Of a stretch of 52,141 nucleotides of DNA, positions 25,562-41,400 are shown piece by piece; position 1 is the first letter of the stretch; each line of letters opens with the position of its first letter. This stretch comes from Sphaeroforma arctica JP610 (Eukaryota). Below the pieces are notes generated by a model, which was not told the origin of the DNA, did not search any database, and saw only the letters and a list, made by a program, of their open reading frames with translations. The stretch spans positions 9,938 to 62,078 of the forward strand of contig NW_014040391.1 of assembly GCF_001186125.1 (NCBI RefSeq), in the 5' to 3' direction. The translations under genes and the position numbers were made by a program.

Positions 25562-27160
25562 TTGAACATGTGGTCGGTGTTGACTCATGTGTATTAGACT
25601 TTTGCAACTTTTTGACGTATGCGCGCCCTGGCTATGTGGATGGCAAACTCGTCAATTAAAGTATCACATAATCCGATCCTTGTTATGTATTTGAAGCATA
25701 TCGCGACCCAATCAAGCATTGAACACACTGACGTGATTTCCATAGAAAGTTATTGATTAGATGCCTAGGTAATCTCATTATGAGTGATAGAATACTAATC
25801 TGATCTGACAGCTAATCGACGCGCACTAATAAATTTGGATCAATCGATATACGGCAAACCCCACATATAGTGTTGCCCAAGTTTTCAGGTTAGGCAAACA
25901 ACAGACAGTCAAACCAATTCACAGACCTCAGTCACCAAGTGTGCATATATATATCCAGCGCGCGTTTGTAACCGTTGACGCAGCCGTCGCAAACTCCAGT
26001 CGACTTTGAGTCGATTGTTCGACAGTACAGAGCTATGCGTTGTCTATATACGTGGTTATTGCGATGGAAACAATGTCTTGACACAGTGATGTTATATCTC
26101 TTCTTCTGTCAGATGTACCTTCTCCTACGTATACAAAGCACAGCTACTTAATTGTTTTTAGTATCAATTTCCCTATACTCATATGATCAATCGATATGCT
26201 GTTGTAGAGCCGCATCAGAAGCGTGTGTATCCAGGTTGCCCGCCATGTCACGAAATTGCCTGGGCCTGTATGTACAGGTGAGTCGCAACAATAGTAAAAT
26301 TGATCAATTTTAATGGTGCTTAGTCACATTATTTATAATTAATTACGCTAGAGATCAACGACTACGTACGTACGCATTTCAGAGCATTTTAATGAATGTA
26401 CGGCCAACAAGCGGAGAATTCATAATTCGTGTCTGTCAGTCTTTAATATATGTATAGAATTATTGCCAGGGAGGGTATCTGTCACATGTTTTAGGAATAC
26501 AGTAATTGATTCTATATTACTAGTACTGGTGAGCATCTGTGATGATCTCTTTAAATAAATAAAAACGTGTGCTAAGAGTTCTCTCGACTACCATACTAGA
26601 TAAGCGGTACAGTGCGTGCCCTAAAAGGTGTGAGTATGCACCAGTTACTACAGTACAGCAACTTTTATACGGTTATCTTGTCAAATGAATCGTGTGTATT
26701 GTTGTTACTTGCCTCGCACTTTTCGAAATAGAAGAAAGATAGTCGGCGGTCATGCCGATTCTCAGAGCTCAGACAATTCCAGTGAGTTATTTGGAATTGC
26801 ATCCGTGTTCAGAGAATTGCACCGAAGCGTCGCATACATACTTCAAAACTGTGGCAAACTAAATTGCCGCCAGTGGTGTGCTGACTAAATGGGTGAAGAG
26901 CTCGTACAGCGAGAAAGTGAAGTCGTAGCAGGCGATGATCACAGCTGGGTGGTCTTCACGGCAGTCTTGCGTATACAGCAGTGTTATGTATGTGGTAGCG
27001 TTCCGCTCAATACAATGAAACCTTTTGGGTTTTAGGGTTTTAAGTCTGCTAATTGTACCCGCCACTGACACAGGGATGTGAGTACAAGCCTCATCACGAA
27101 CTCTGCTTCGCTGATTAACTTTGCATATCCTTACGCTAGTTTCACATCTCGAGGAAAGTC

Positions 27161-27490
27161 TCATTGTTTCTTCTTCTTCGCTTCTGCACTATTTTTGGGA
27201 GAGTCACTGCCCGCATTCGATGCCTTTGGTTTCTTCTCATTGAGACTCGTGTGCACAATATCACTCTTGTTCACCCTCTTGGTCGAATCAGGAACGAGAT
27301 AGTCATCCAAAAACGCCATCACCCTGAACCCAACCAGGAAGCAAGCATAGATCACAAAAGCACCTATAATAGGCACTAATGTAGAATACAACGCTGTTTG
27401 TATCCAGAAGGCTGAGCGTTCTTCATCTGGCACGTTGCTAAAGTCAGCCATCCACCTCTGCAGTGTGAGCATTGAGTTGAGCCCTGACAT
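27161..27490 (-). CDS. Small membrane protein (109 aa) with a C-terminal dilysine (KKKKQ) ER-retrieval-like signal
   Basis: Intact ORF with hydrophobic segment ALYSTLVPIIGAFVIYACFLVGFRVMAFL and a basic tail; head-to-head with SMC2. Confidence 0.65.
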   Translation of the reverse strand: MSGLNSMLTLQRWMADFSNVPDEERSAFWIQTALYSTLVPIIGAFVIYACFLVGFRVMAFLDDYLVPDSTKRVNKSDIVHTSLNEKKPKASNAGSDSPKNSAEAKKKKQ

Positions 27491-28319
27491 ATTCGAGTCC
27501 TGTTGGGATATCGGCAGTAAATATAATAGCTTACCGCGTTAGAAAGCCTTTGAACGATGTAATACCCATCTGGCTATGTGTCTATATTTTTGATATTTTT
27601 TCTACATTCATTTTTATACTGTCCCCTGTGTCCGACTCTGTTGGCGTCTCTCTTCTTGTGTTGTCGTGTGTGACTGTGTTGTGGACTTGTGGGTTCGAAC
27701 TTCGAAGGCCTCTTTGTTTCACTGTTTACTGTTCGTTAATCGTGAAAGCTGTGCTGGGTTGTCATTAGTCCACAGCAGACAAGCATTGATCAGTTGATTG
27801 GATTCTATAAATAGAATCGTTACTTTCGGCGGGAATTTGGGTTTCTCTCGGTTTTGACTTTCTACGGAGGTGGTTCCCGCCAAAAGTGTAACCAGCAGCG
27901 TTTGATACTGAACACTTTCTCTGTTTCTCATCAATAAATCTCAATAGTCTATACTGACATGGGTATTGTGTGTAATAGAACACACGAGAGCGAGAATTAG
28001 GGACCTATGTATACGCATTTACTAGAGAACCCGAGAGAAAATTGGGGCCGCGTCGTTGTTGTAGGGAGCTTCTAAGCTGAGCACCTGCACTTCGCGTATA
28101 TATTGCTATCTTTCACCTGATCTCCTTAGTATCGTTCGTTGCCACTTTCGTGGGATTCCAGATGAACGCATAAGTTGTTCACACAAGCGCTAAACGCTTT
28201 CCAGTTTATCACACTGCACATAAAGCGTACGCCCGCATGCGATCGCGTATATTATTGTATAGCAATATACATATACTACAAAGCTGATAAGCAGCTAAAT
28301 ACGCTATTACATTGTAATC

Positions 28320-29042
28320 ATGCACATTGAAGAAGTGATCATAGACGGCTTCAAGTCGTACAGGCACCGCACAGTGGTGTCTGGGTTTCATACGCATTTC
28401 AACGCTATCACAGGATTGAATGGTTCTGGAAAGTCCAACATCCTCGATGCCATCTGCTTTGTTTTAGGTATTACCAATCTCAAACACGTGCGTGCACAGA
28501 ATCTGCAAGATCTGGTGTACAAGAAGGGTCATGGGGGTGTTACCAAAGCGAGTGTGACCATAGTGTTCGACAACAAGGACAAAGAAACCTCCCCAGCGAA
28601 CTACGAGGCGTTTGATCAAATCACCGTTACTCGACAGGTATGTGATTTAATCTCACGATATGCATGTGTGGTTTGAACACAGACAATATGTATAGCTCTC
28701 GTTTGAGTTTCTTTCCTTCTCTGTTATGTCTAGGTCTTTATTTGTACGATTTAGATACTTTGCATAAGTTTACGATTGGGACTGATTGCGTAAAGATACT
28801 CTAGTCCAAAATTGTGTCGCCGTGATTGGACACAGCATCCAATAGATGTCGTCACGCTTTTAACTCTGCGATATATACATACACAAATGCAAAATACCCA
28901 TGTATGCATACTCCGCTACACGCATAATAAAATACATACATAATTATATATATATATATATATACGTTTGTGTATGTATGTATATATATATATATATATA
29001 TCTATATATGTTATATATATATATATCTCTCTCTATATATAC

Positions 29043-29096
<54 letters not shown>

Positions 29097-29161
29097 TTAT
29101 ATATTTATATATATAAATACATACTTGTATATTTATATATATAAATACATACTTATATATT

Positions 29162-29196
<35 letters not shown>

Positions 29197-32100
29197 TTGT
29201 GTGTTTGTCTGTACGTAGATATAGTGATATATATATATATATGTCTGTGTCTGTGTGTCTGTGTGTCTGTATAACAGATATGGATATAAATTTTATCTCC
29301 CAAGTTTGTGTGTAGGCTGGATGTGAAAGTGTGTATGCACCTTTTGCGCGGAGTCAATAAGGGCCCACAGATATAGACAGAATACAATGAGCACTTTCAT
29401 ATATATGATTGTGATGTATACAAAGCTTAGGAGACGAGAAACTGGTATCTATTTGCACTTTGTCGCGAATATATATGTTTAGTTTAAGCGTGATATTGTG
29501 CTGCACTATTGTGTCAGTAGTTATGAGCGATATGTTTGAACTCGGTATTCTTTAGTGTAGGATTACCAGTCCCATATGTGCCGCATAGCTAGTGAACGAC
29601 AGTGTGAGCGAGTGTAGAATGCCTGTACATACATATAAGTGATTACAAATGCGCCGGTCATCTCACAAACCCACGACCGCTGTATGCCTACACACGTAGA
29701 CTCCTATCACGGCGATCATAGCCAGGCTGGATACATATGAGCCACGCACTCTACTTTGTTTGAAGTCTGATGGTGATGCTGCCATCGACATACCTTATTG
29801 TAAATCAATTGCGCACGACAATTGCGAGTAGGGTAAAGTGTATGGTACGTCGTATATACACCTATACACCTATAAACTCACACAGCGCTCACAGAAATCT
29901 ACACTGCCCTGCGATATATTTATATCCTTTGTATCCTTACAGTTAGTCTCCCATACAAAGATGCGTGTGAGCTTTTGTCTTGATAGCCACACTTTAATTA
30001 CATTCTATAAACTTTTGTGTGTGTCTGAGTGTTTCTGTCCGAGCGACCACCAACACGCAGTATCTTTCTGTTTTAATTATACACTAGGTCAAGTAAGTAT
30101 TTATAGATAGCAGCCCACCACACCAAGCATTCCATACGGTCGCATTTGGCCGTTCCCACTCTCAAAACCCCCAACCAAGTCTATATATAGAACGACACCA
30201 TCTCTATTGAAGGCCACAGCACGGTTTGTTCCACATTCATTGTACATGGCTGACCATGACTACTCCGCACTCTACAGATCCAAATCGGAGGCACGAATAA
30301 GTATCTCATCAACGGTCGCAATGTGGACAAGAAACGTCTCAACGCACTCTTCCTGTCTGTGCAGTTGAATGTGAACAACCCGCACTTTCTGATTATGCAG
30401 GGCCGAGTAACCAAGGTACACTACCAGTTGCAGGATTGTATGTTTATTTTTTTATGAATGGCCTATAATGTGGATATGTATCACTTCTGCCGTTTGTCCG
30501 TTAATAGCTTTGTTGGAAACTTCGATCCTTATGTACATATACACATATGCAGATGTATTGCATAATTGGTACTAAGCCTGTACCTCCATTAAAATTGTAT
30601 GTAAATATACAATAACGCTACTTGTCGGTACACATATGTATAGCCGCATAAATGTCCATATATCCCGTGCAAGTTTATTGATGCGCCATAATTGCCCGTT
30701 TGCATACAGGTGTTGAATATGAAACCCCCGGAGATTCTATCGCTGATTGAGGAGGCAGCAGGCACCAAACTGTTTGAGATCAGCAAAAAGGAATCTTTCT
30801 CAATGATTGAGAAAAAGGACAAGAAACTCAACGAGATTGATTCGGTATGTAGAGAGCATTGATGGGTAATGTATTTGAACTCGAGCGAACTGTATCGGCT
30901 TTTAGGGTGCTAGAATTGGGATGGATCACTACTGTATGATTTCCATACTGCCATGAATCAGATTTTTTCTCTGAAAATGGTTCTTATTCGCTCTGGGTCC
31001 TTATGGTGTTCAACCATAGTATTCTGCAACGAACACCTGTCATGTGATGTCGCTAATTTATCAATCCGTTTGTATTGCAATATGACAGGTATTGGACGAA
31101 GAGGTTGAGCCGAAGATGCAGCAGCTGAAGAAGGAGCGTTCGGCTTACCTAGAGTTCCAGAAGAACCAGCAGGAAATTGACATCCGCAGCCGCTATGTCA
31201 CCGCATATCACTACTGCTGCAACAAGGTGAGTATTGTAACGATATTGCAGGTATCTGCGTTTAAGGCTTTGCAAGTGTAGTAGTTAACAAAACTCGTATG
31301 TCCACGATATGTCGGGCATGTTGCAGGGATGTTGTGAATGGGTACGTAGCTGTATCATCTGTGCATGTAGATGCACCACTTGGACATGTGGGAGTGCTTT
31401 ATGAGCTTATGGGAGGCTTATGGTCATGTAGGCGTAATGGTAGAGTGGACGAGTGCGTACGATACCGGAGTGGGGATGTGGCATGGTGCTGTGCGTATTG
31501 GGGGGAGTGTACATGATGGATACGTTACTTATGCCTACTGTATCATGACTATGTCACCGAATACTATAATATCAATTGGCTTGTTGATGAGACCTATGTA
31601 GTGCTATTACATGCCTTGATAATCAATTATTTTACGGGATATGCTCCGAACAAAAATGCCACGGCAGGGTTGTAACCCACTCTGATGTATCGAGTACGTA
31701 TGAGTTTGTTTGGCAGATGTATACTGTCCTGTACACTGACGTCCGTTGCCCATTACACTCGTGCATCATGGTAGTCATGCGTATCTAAACTGTGATGCAA
31801 TGAGTGCTGCCTTGGTTGTGCACCGCTAAAAACCTGTGCACCAGCCACGAAAGCCCATATAAAAGTGTGAAGATCATACTCCAAGCGATATCAGAAAGAT
31901 GGTTGAGTACTATTGTTGTACTGTATGTAAGAGCGATGCAAACTGTTACTGATGTTCATTACACGATACCCACTGACCCGCTATCTCGTTCCATGGTCTT
32001 TGCACAGAGCAAATACGATGCCATGAGCGCGGAATTTGTGGTGGTGGAGAAGGTGATGCTGGACTTCAACAAGCGCAAAAGTGAACTCGTGCTGCAGCTC

Positions 32101-35100
32101 AAGGACACGGAACAGAATCTCGAGATTCTGCGCAAAAAGAAGGAAGCGGTGAGTCACGGTGTGGTTCCGCGCGCGGGGGTTGTACTATAAAGTTGGCTGC
32201 GGTAGTTAACTGGCTTTGCATGTGTGGTATTGTGTGAGTGTGAGTTGCGATGTGTGTCTGAATCAAAAGAGATGTGTGTCTGAATTGAAAGCGATGTGTG
32301 TCTGAATTAAAATCGATGTGTGTCTGAATTAAAAGCGATATGCCGATGGCACAGCTGGTTGACGTGAGGAGCTCTTACTGCCTATATCATGCCTCACGAG
32401 AGTACAGATACATTTATGCTGACAATGCGTCGAATTCATAAGAGTACATGCAAGTACGTCGATAAGTCGACTGTGAATGATGATGGAACCGTTTTGATGT
32501 GTGTATAACAAAACCTACAAAACATTAACGCAAGCATGCGCTTGTACATGTGCGTAATGAATAACCACAGGAAATAGGGGGAGGACTGCGCGATCTCGAT
32601 AAGGAGGTGCAATCGATTTCGAAGAAATTGGTCACTGAGACAGCCAGTGTGGCAAATGCCACAGATACTCTCAATTCAGAGACGCTTGCTGTGGCACAAT
32701 TCGAGGAGAGTGAGAAGGAGGTATGGTGCATCTGAGGGTACAGTGCTAGTTCATGTATCGGGTTATTAGATGTCATCTGCCTTTATCGTTTACCAAATAT
32801 AGAATAGGTTGCTTTATAAGTGTGTTTATAAATGGCCAAGCTATATGTAACTACAAGCGGTCGGTTCTACATGACAGTATGTGCATCTCTGGTTGAATTG
32901 TGCACGTCGCTTTCAGTTGCCTTATGCATGTAGCTGCAAGCGACCGTGTATGATACAACAGAATGTTGTCAAATAATCATCGGTCTAATTGTACGCATCG
33001 CTTTCAAATGCTTTTTGTTAGATAAGTATGGGAACACTTGTGCACACAACTCGGCGTTAATACGCCCCCTTCTCTCGATTGCTATGCAACCTGCAGGCAT
33101 TGGAGGCTATTGAAGCGAAAAAGAAAGAGCTGGAGAAGGCCATGAATGACCTCGGCCCCATTGAACAGGCGCACATCACCGCTGCAGGTACGTTACACGA
33201 CACATAGTGCTATTGATATGCTACATAGTGATATCTGCACCGCAAACAGTACTACTTATTTTATGTGGGGGTGAGTACAAGCTAAGAACACGAGACACCT
33301 GCATATACTATTCATATTTGTTTTGAGAGTGTGTGTATACACATACGGACGCCTCTGCTTAATGCACGGTCGACGAAACACCTACACCTTACCTGTAGAT
33401 GGTATACAGATTGTATATAAATCAACCTATCTTATTCTTTCGTTATTCTAGATTCCTACATATTAGTCATGGGTTTATTGCCGTGAATATTGTGACAATT
33501 GTAAATTCACACAGATGCCCTGTACCAACGAACACACATAGATACATTCAAGAAACACATGCTTATTTTAACTTTTAAACCCACAACAGAGGGTATGGAG
33601 AAGGCCAAACGTGATCTGCAGGCGGTGCGTGCGGGTATGAGCACTGGAGAGAGTGACAATGCGTCCAGTTTTGACGACACCATTCGACAGGCAGAGAACG
33701 AGCAAGCCGCGGCTGAAAGCGAGAGGCAAACACGGCAGATGAAGGTCAAGCACGCTACAGGTGCGTGTCTGGCCTACCCCTTTGGTTTCCTACGTGCACT
33801 CGTTACTTTTGTATGGGACGTTCTTTGTACATATATATGTGTTAGTGCGCATACTATTGATTCCTGTGACAGCAGGCCTCCGTGCACAGTCTTATCTCTG
33901 CCACGGCAAATGTGCACACACAGCTGAACTTAAGACGAAGAAACCTCAGGCGGTGCAGGCCGAAAAGACCCACGGCAGCGCCACGCGACAGCTCAAAGAA
34001 AAGCACAGCCAACTGGAACTCATGCGCACACAATTGCAAGTGCTCCCCTTCGACAAGGACGCATATGACACTCTTAACAATGAGAGGGTAAGTTTGGTGT
34101 ATTCCATAAGGAGTATGTGTTGTATATCTAAGAAGGAAAGTGCATGTATGTTGTATTTAGCAATGAGTTTTTTGTGTGTCTTCATCGGTGAAGAGAGGGT
34201 GTGGTTGTGTATTTCACAACCCGACGGCAGGTGCGTTTTATGTAGCTATGAGGGGGGTGTTCGCTGTGTATCTAGTAAGAGAGTGTGTACGTTGTCGTCA
34301 GCAATAAGAGAAGTTGGAGAGTGCCTATGACGTATTCTTCTGTGGGTGTATGCTCTGGGTAAGATAGTATGTATTGCTACATACATATGTGTACCTCTCC
34401 TGCGCTGTAAGCTGCTTTATCTGCACCATATTCCCTTACTAACGTATGTTGCACTGTGTGTGTCGAGATCCACGTTGATCCCTCTTAACCGACGGTCTTT
34501 GTATTTTCATGTATGTTTGAGTACATATGTCACCGTGTGTGCAGTCGATTGCCTTGCCCTTGGCTCACTAGTTCTATATACTGCACCGAAAAGTATGCCT
34601 TCATCTAACTGTTTATATTATAACATGCCCTGTGTGTGTGGCATTGCATTGTATATGCAGAAAGTTTTGGCCGATCGCGTGCGCCAATTAGAGAACACGT
34701 TCGAGAGTTTGAAGTCTGAGAACAGAGGATTCACTTTCAATTATTCAGACCCGGAACCCAATTTCGATCGAACCAAGGTATGTGGGTCGTTTGCATCTGA
34801 GAAACCCCTTAACGTTGGGTTTCATCATATCTACTTACTTTTCCTATGTTTTGGTCATAGTGAGCCCAGTTGCATTGTGTGGTCGTGTTAAAAGTATGCA
34901 CAGTGCATGGACACTCACTTTGGGGTTGTAGTTGCACACCCACATGGAAGCTACCTGAGTCTCTGCTGCCCATGCATCCCCATCAGCTCATCTTACTCAA
35001 GCATCCTGACTCGTTGGTTGTACTTAGGTGCACGGATTGGTGGCGCGATTGATTCAAATAGCCAACGAAAACGTGACGGGAGGTATGTACTAGCTCGTTC

Positions 35101-37887
35101 GTGGTGGTCTATAACAGCATGAAAAGGATATGAAGTAGGCATTATTGCTATACGAATACAAGGCTCGTCATTTTAGTTGTGTCCTGGATGGTTGGTGCGT
35201 ATTGTTTTTCTCGATAGTGGTGTACGCGTACAACTGTGGCTGTTGGGGAAATGCCTTTCATATTTTATTGATCAGTGTGTATCCATAAAAGCTCGATCGC
35301 TTGACATCAATAATTGCAACCACACTGTAGTGAAAGTTTAGCAGAGCTGCTCAGGATGGGAAAGAAAGGCAGGTCAGAAATGAGCACCTGTTACAATGTG
35401 TAACGACATACTTGCATATCAAAATGGTGACTTGGCTCAGACCCATTCAAAACATATATATACTGGTCGATCTGTATCAGTATGCACATGTGACTGTGGC
35501 AGTGAATTCACGTCTACACATAGTCCTATCTACAGGCTTGTATCCTCTCATGCTATATATATGTGTGTGTGTGTGTGTATTATATGTATATACATATATG
35601 GTATATGGTATATGGTATACTGTTATGCATACTTGATCTCACCTATAGTCAGTCACACTGTTAGTGTATACGGATTGGAATGGTGTGGAAAGTAGAATTT
35701 TGTACAATGATTACGCACACATTTATATATGTCAACACTTTTCACACATCATATACATACAAAATACATTCGACAAAGCTTGCAAAGTCAACACGGAACA
35801 CTGAGCACTGCGATATCTAATACAAAATACTTACAACATCAAATCTCTCCCGCATACGTTTGTAAATACTGTACTTACAACTAACCCATCCCTCACACAT
35901 ATGTACTTCATGTATTCAAACAGCCCTGGAGGTTGCTGCAGGGGGTCGCCTGTACAATGTAGTCATTGACTCGCAAGAGACGGGTGCTAAGCTGCTTAAA
36001 CGTGGTCGTCTGCGCCATCGCGTGACGTTCATTCCGCTCAATCGCATTGCCGCACGAACAATCACACCACAGCAACTACAACGGGCCAAGCAGCTAGTGG
36101 GTGTGTGCGTGTTATGAGCACGTGGGTTGGTAGGGTTTGTAGTGTGATGATACTGTAAGTATGTGTGTGTCACACCACGAGAGAGTCACAGAGCCGACCA
36201 ATTAGTCGGTATGTGCGTGCTGCAAGCATGCAGACTGTAACGTTTGCAGTGCGCATGCAAGGGTAATGGCATGGGTTCAGGATGTGTGTATGTGTGTGTC
36301 TCCTCTCAACAGCTGTATAGGGTGGATCAGCTAGTTTAATTGGTGGTACCATACATGCGGGTCGCTGGGCTGAGTTCAATGTTTTGATAAAACTAGGGGG
36401 GGAGGCTATTTGTGGTGTGTACGTGGCGTTAATTGTTACGTTATGAACTGTTTCTTTCTTGCGACACCGTCATGTGTGTATAGAGGGAAGTGTGTGGTAT
36501 GTTGTAGAGAAATTGCCGTATTCCTTTGAGCTGGTTCTGAATATGTATTGGAGTGCATAATGTGCAGAGTGTAAGGCACTACAAGTGCTACGATCGAAGC
36601 AGCGATATGGAAGGCGCATATGAAAGATTCTAGTCTAGGCAGATATAGAAGGTCTGACTGCGCTCTGTTACCGGCTGTTTGTGCTCCTGTCCATAGTAGT
36701 GCCTGTGGGTATGCGACGTGTCTATCGTATGGTTGTGCACGGCGTAGACATACCTCGGGTGGTATATATCGTTCATGTTGTTTCTGTAAACGTGTTGCAT
36801 CTATGTACATCTCATTGGTTTGTGGCTCCTCTGTTGTTTGTATACTTTTCATGACTATCCCATTCTTCGTCACAATATCTCTCGAACAAAATTCACGAGA
36901 AATTGTAGAAAAAACAACTTAAATGGATCCAAAAACGATGTATATTAGAAAGTGGTGGCGGGAATACAGAACACGCCATCATCTCTCCCTTTCCCTTCTG
37001 CTTGCGGAACCAGGTGTGGAGAATGCCGAACTCGCACTAACATTAGTGGGATATCCCAAAGACATTGAGAAGGCCATGCAGTACGTGTTTGGGACGACAA
37101 TTGTCTGCACCAGCGCTCAGGCTGCTCAGAAAGTGACATATGACAGGGTATGTCAAGTATGCATACTGACGAATTACCATTGAACGTATATGCAAGTATG
37201 TATATATGTGGGCATGTAGTAAAGTGTTTGTTCTGTCTCACTTGCACTTATATGCTCTTTCACATGTACACAGAAAATCGATTGCCGATGTGAATGCGTG
37301 GGTATACTTTTAAATTTATTTGTGCATTGACTTTGTCCACGCTTGCATATAAACCACCGGTTCATTTCGCACATAATTCGTGCTCTGGCTTTGTTTACAC
37401 ACGCATACAAGTCATGTATACAGTTTCTACTACTCCAATCGACCAGTCCTGCGCACCCCTTGAGCCTCGGATGAATAATCTCCATGTGCGGTTTGTTCTT
37501 TCATTTGTTCATGACTGTTAATGTGATACACTTGTCCCATTTATTGACAGGATGTTCGCACTCGTTGCGTCACACTGGACGGTGACGTATACGAACCCTC
37601 GGGCACTCTGTCTGGTAGGTGTACTGTACAATATCCATGTCACGTTTATGCGTTGGTACGTTAGATCTGAGTAGACGTGGCACCATTTAACGAGTACTTT
37701 TTTGACAGTAAACGACTGTCGTGGGGCTGATAGTGCAGATGTGCACCTGGGACCCATTGTTTTGCTATGGAATCGCTCGTGCAATGGGAGATGGATATAT
37801 TTTCATATATTGACTTAATTCTGAGTCTAATGAGTGTCCGCATAGAAACAGTTGCATAGTTTTATGGAGTTTCATATGTATATGTCG

Positions 37888-37936
<49 letters not shown>

Positions 37937-38342
37937 CATGTATATATATATGTGTGTGTGTGTCTGTGTGTGTGTGTGTGTACATGTATGTATATATATG
38001 TATTTATGTATATAGATATATATGTGTGTGTGTGAGAGAGAGAGAGTGTGTGTGTGTGTACATATATGTGTATAAATATATATATATGTGTGTGTGTACA
38101 TGTATGTGTATGTGTATGTGTGTATATATCTATATCTATATCTATATCTATTTCCATATATTGACATAATTCTGAGTCTAATGAGTGTCCGTAGTTATAT
38201 GGAGTTTCATATGTATATGTCGATATATATATGTGTGTGTGTGTGTGTGTGTATACATGTATATATATACATATACATATATTCATATATAAATATCTAT
38301 ACATACATATATATATACATATCTATATAACTATATATATAC

Positions 38343-38375
<33 letters not shown>

Positions 38376-38441
38376 AGTACATGTATGTATATAAACATAT
38401 GTATGTATCTATATATATATGTGTGTGTGTGTACATGTTTG

Positions 38442-38472
<31 letters not shown>

Positions 38473-41400
38473 ACATGTATGTATATATATATATGTGTGT
38501 GTGTATTAACGAGTGATTTTCACCATCTTTACTGTCTCGTGCAGTGTGCATAGCACGAGCTAACGCGTTTTCACAATACCAGCGAGTCCTCTGGCACTAT
38601 AAGTGTCTGGATTTTGGATTCCCTAGAGTGATATCAACATACTATTATCACAGGTACTTCTAATAGACTAAGGCTTGTATATTGATATTAATCATATCTA
38701 TAACCAAATATAATGCTGCTTTTGTTGCGGGTGTCATCTATGGCAACACTTCGTACGAACGACAGGCGGGTCCAATAGAAACAAAAGCTCAGTACTGCAA
38801 AGGTTGCAGAAGCTCAACCAGGCTGAGGAGGAATTCACACAGGCGGCACGAGAACTCGCAGATTTGGACGTATGTACTGGTTAAACATTTGTGGGATTAT
38901 TGGGAAAGCGTGTGCCGTCTACTATACGTTGGTTTAGGATTCACACGAGTGTATGTTTATAAACCTCGTGTAGTTTACTATACGCAGGTATCGTGGGTAG
39001 CTTATCCCGTTAAATCCTTTTCTTGGTTTCTTACCTCGGTGGTTTGCTTCACAACTCAACTGCATGCAGGCCAAACTGGAGATGTGCACGCAGCAGAAGA
39101 CCCATTACTCCGAAACAGCGGCTGCTTTGAAGAACCTGCAGTACCAGTACGATGTATGTATACCTCCACACCAAGCAAGTCGTGGGAGGTGGAGTGTGTA
39201 CTATTAGATATACATGGGAAGCCTTGTGTGAGAATTCATTGTCCCAGTCACCACATACACGTGCTTACAACATAACCATTTCAAGCTGGTATATAAAAAC
39301 TTTGGTACGTGAAGGTATCATGTATTTTGCAGATATGTGTAATTGATGATGGCACGCTACGCTGTGCACCTTGCATAGTGTGATTTTCTGGCGTGAAATA
39401 CATTTCAACCATTCCCAGCTCAATGTACAAAGTTGCAAGCACGCAACAAAGTGCCCATTACATATAATCCGACATAGAAAGTATATATACATTCACTACG
39501 ATGTTTCTCAATCTTCTATCGCACCTGATGTTCTCCGTGTGAAGTTGCTGGACAAGACCATCCGTAGCAGTCCCCACGGCGCACTGATCCAAGAGGTGGC
39601 GGACCTCGAGAAGGCCATTGCCGACCACACCGAAGCCATACAGCACGCCACGCACCAGCTCAAGGTGAGTGATCAAACCCTGGCACCCTTGGGTTGTGTA
39701 TTTATTTATGGTGTTTGATTTTGTAGGTAATCTGCCATTCGTGATGTGTATCTATGAATGGTGCGTGATGTTGTAGGTAAGCTGCTAAAAGTGTTGTGTA
39801 TTCGTCGCTAGTGTGGGATGTTCTAATGTAGTAGCACTTCCATGGGTGATTGTGTTTAGTCTTACCGATGGTGTGGTTGGTAGGGTTCAGATGCAGTTCA
39901 TCGTATTGCGAAGTACTCTAAGATCATTGACGGCCGGAGATGATGTCCGTTTGCAGAGCGATGGAATAAATTGTTGCTCAAAAGCTTTCATTCCGATTAA
40001 CTTCGTATTTGCGACAATTGCTTCTACTTTACGACATTCATCTAAATTCGAAATGGACGCACGGCATAGACGGCTGCAGCACGCATTGAGGAAGTGGAGA
40101 AGGAGCGCAAAGCTTTTGTCAACAGCCGCGAGAGCCAGACAGAGAAAATGGAAAAGCTTCTGGCGCTGCAGAGGAAGGCGAGTCAAAAGGCCACGCAGAA
40201 GTTCAAGGTGAGACTCGTGAAGTGGCCACGATACTCAACATGGAGGGGAAGGTGTGAAGGGGACACTTCTTTCCCTGGCATTGTAATGTGACTGTGGGAC
40301 GAGGGCATAGAGTTAAGCGTGGATTATATTTTATTTGTATTCCTGTATAAACGCGTATTCAGAATCTGTTGGCCCAATTGTTTTGGTTTGGCACCTGCAA
40401 TTAGAGTTAAGCGTTCAGAGATGTGTGCACACACGATCCCTTTAGCCTGTTAATGTCACTTTTGTCTGTACTTTCCAGGCGCATAAAGAGGTGATAGACG
40501 GTTTGGAATTGGAGCTGCAGCAAATGAGCAACGATCACGAAGGCTTCGATGCGCAAAAGGCTGATCTAAAGGCCTCTGTCGAAAAGGCAAAGGCTAACCT
40601 GACGGCGCGGCAGCAAAAGTTGCTACAAATCGAGGTATGTGCAAGCTGCTGGTTCATGTGGTGGCATCGATGTTGTATCCCTAAGCCACTGAAGGTCCAT
40701 ACTGAGTGGTAGTTTTGTATATACGTGTGGTTTGTTGTGTCCTCTCTCCAGAGTAAAGATAGTCATATAACGCTGGATGCTCATATAGTCGAGAGTTACC
40801 ATTACATCGTGGATCTATTATTTCTCACAACGACTGACCGCGAAAAATGGTATTACTTTGTTCCAGGGAATTTCATATTTCCATGATTTTATAACTTCAA
40901 TACCAACATACGTTGCAATATTAGGCCAAACTCTGTGGCACGGCTTGAGGCTTGGACCATTAAATGGCAAAAGTCAGTACTTGCGTATCCCAATTTAGGA
41001 GCAGTAGCATTGCGCCGCAAGTACCCTCCATACTTGAGCTAGTAGTGGTTTTACATAGTTCCCGCGGTTTTATTTTACCGACAACTCTACATCAATAGGT
41101 TTGATAAAGCGTTACGGCGAACACCGGACTATAATCGAACCCTTGTTTCCTAATTAAAGTATACTTTGTCAATCCGTTCAGGCTAATTGCATAGTATCAC
41201 GGCTGTATTCCTCACAACGCGTGCTTGGCTTCCAAAGACTGGCTTGATAATCTTATTCTTCTGCACAATCAGGCGGACTATGATTCGGCCAACGAAAGGT
41301 TGCAGAAGAAACGCGAGAAACTCGACGAAACTGATGCGGAGATGAAGAAGGTGTGCATATGGCTGTGTGGTTCTGGTCGCAAATCGTCTTGTAACTAAGA

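Noticed and set aside
27685..27712. GGTTCGAA T-loop-like motif (similar at ~23332 and ~46697)
   Set aside because: No cloverleaf could be built
38682..39275. 197-aa ORF (also 41625-42221 and 4492-4917)
   Set aside because: Off-frame read-through of real exons and introns
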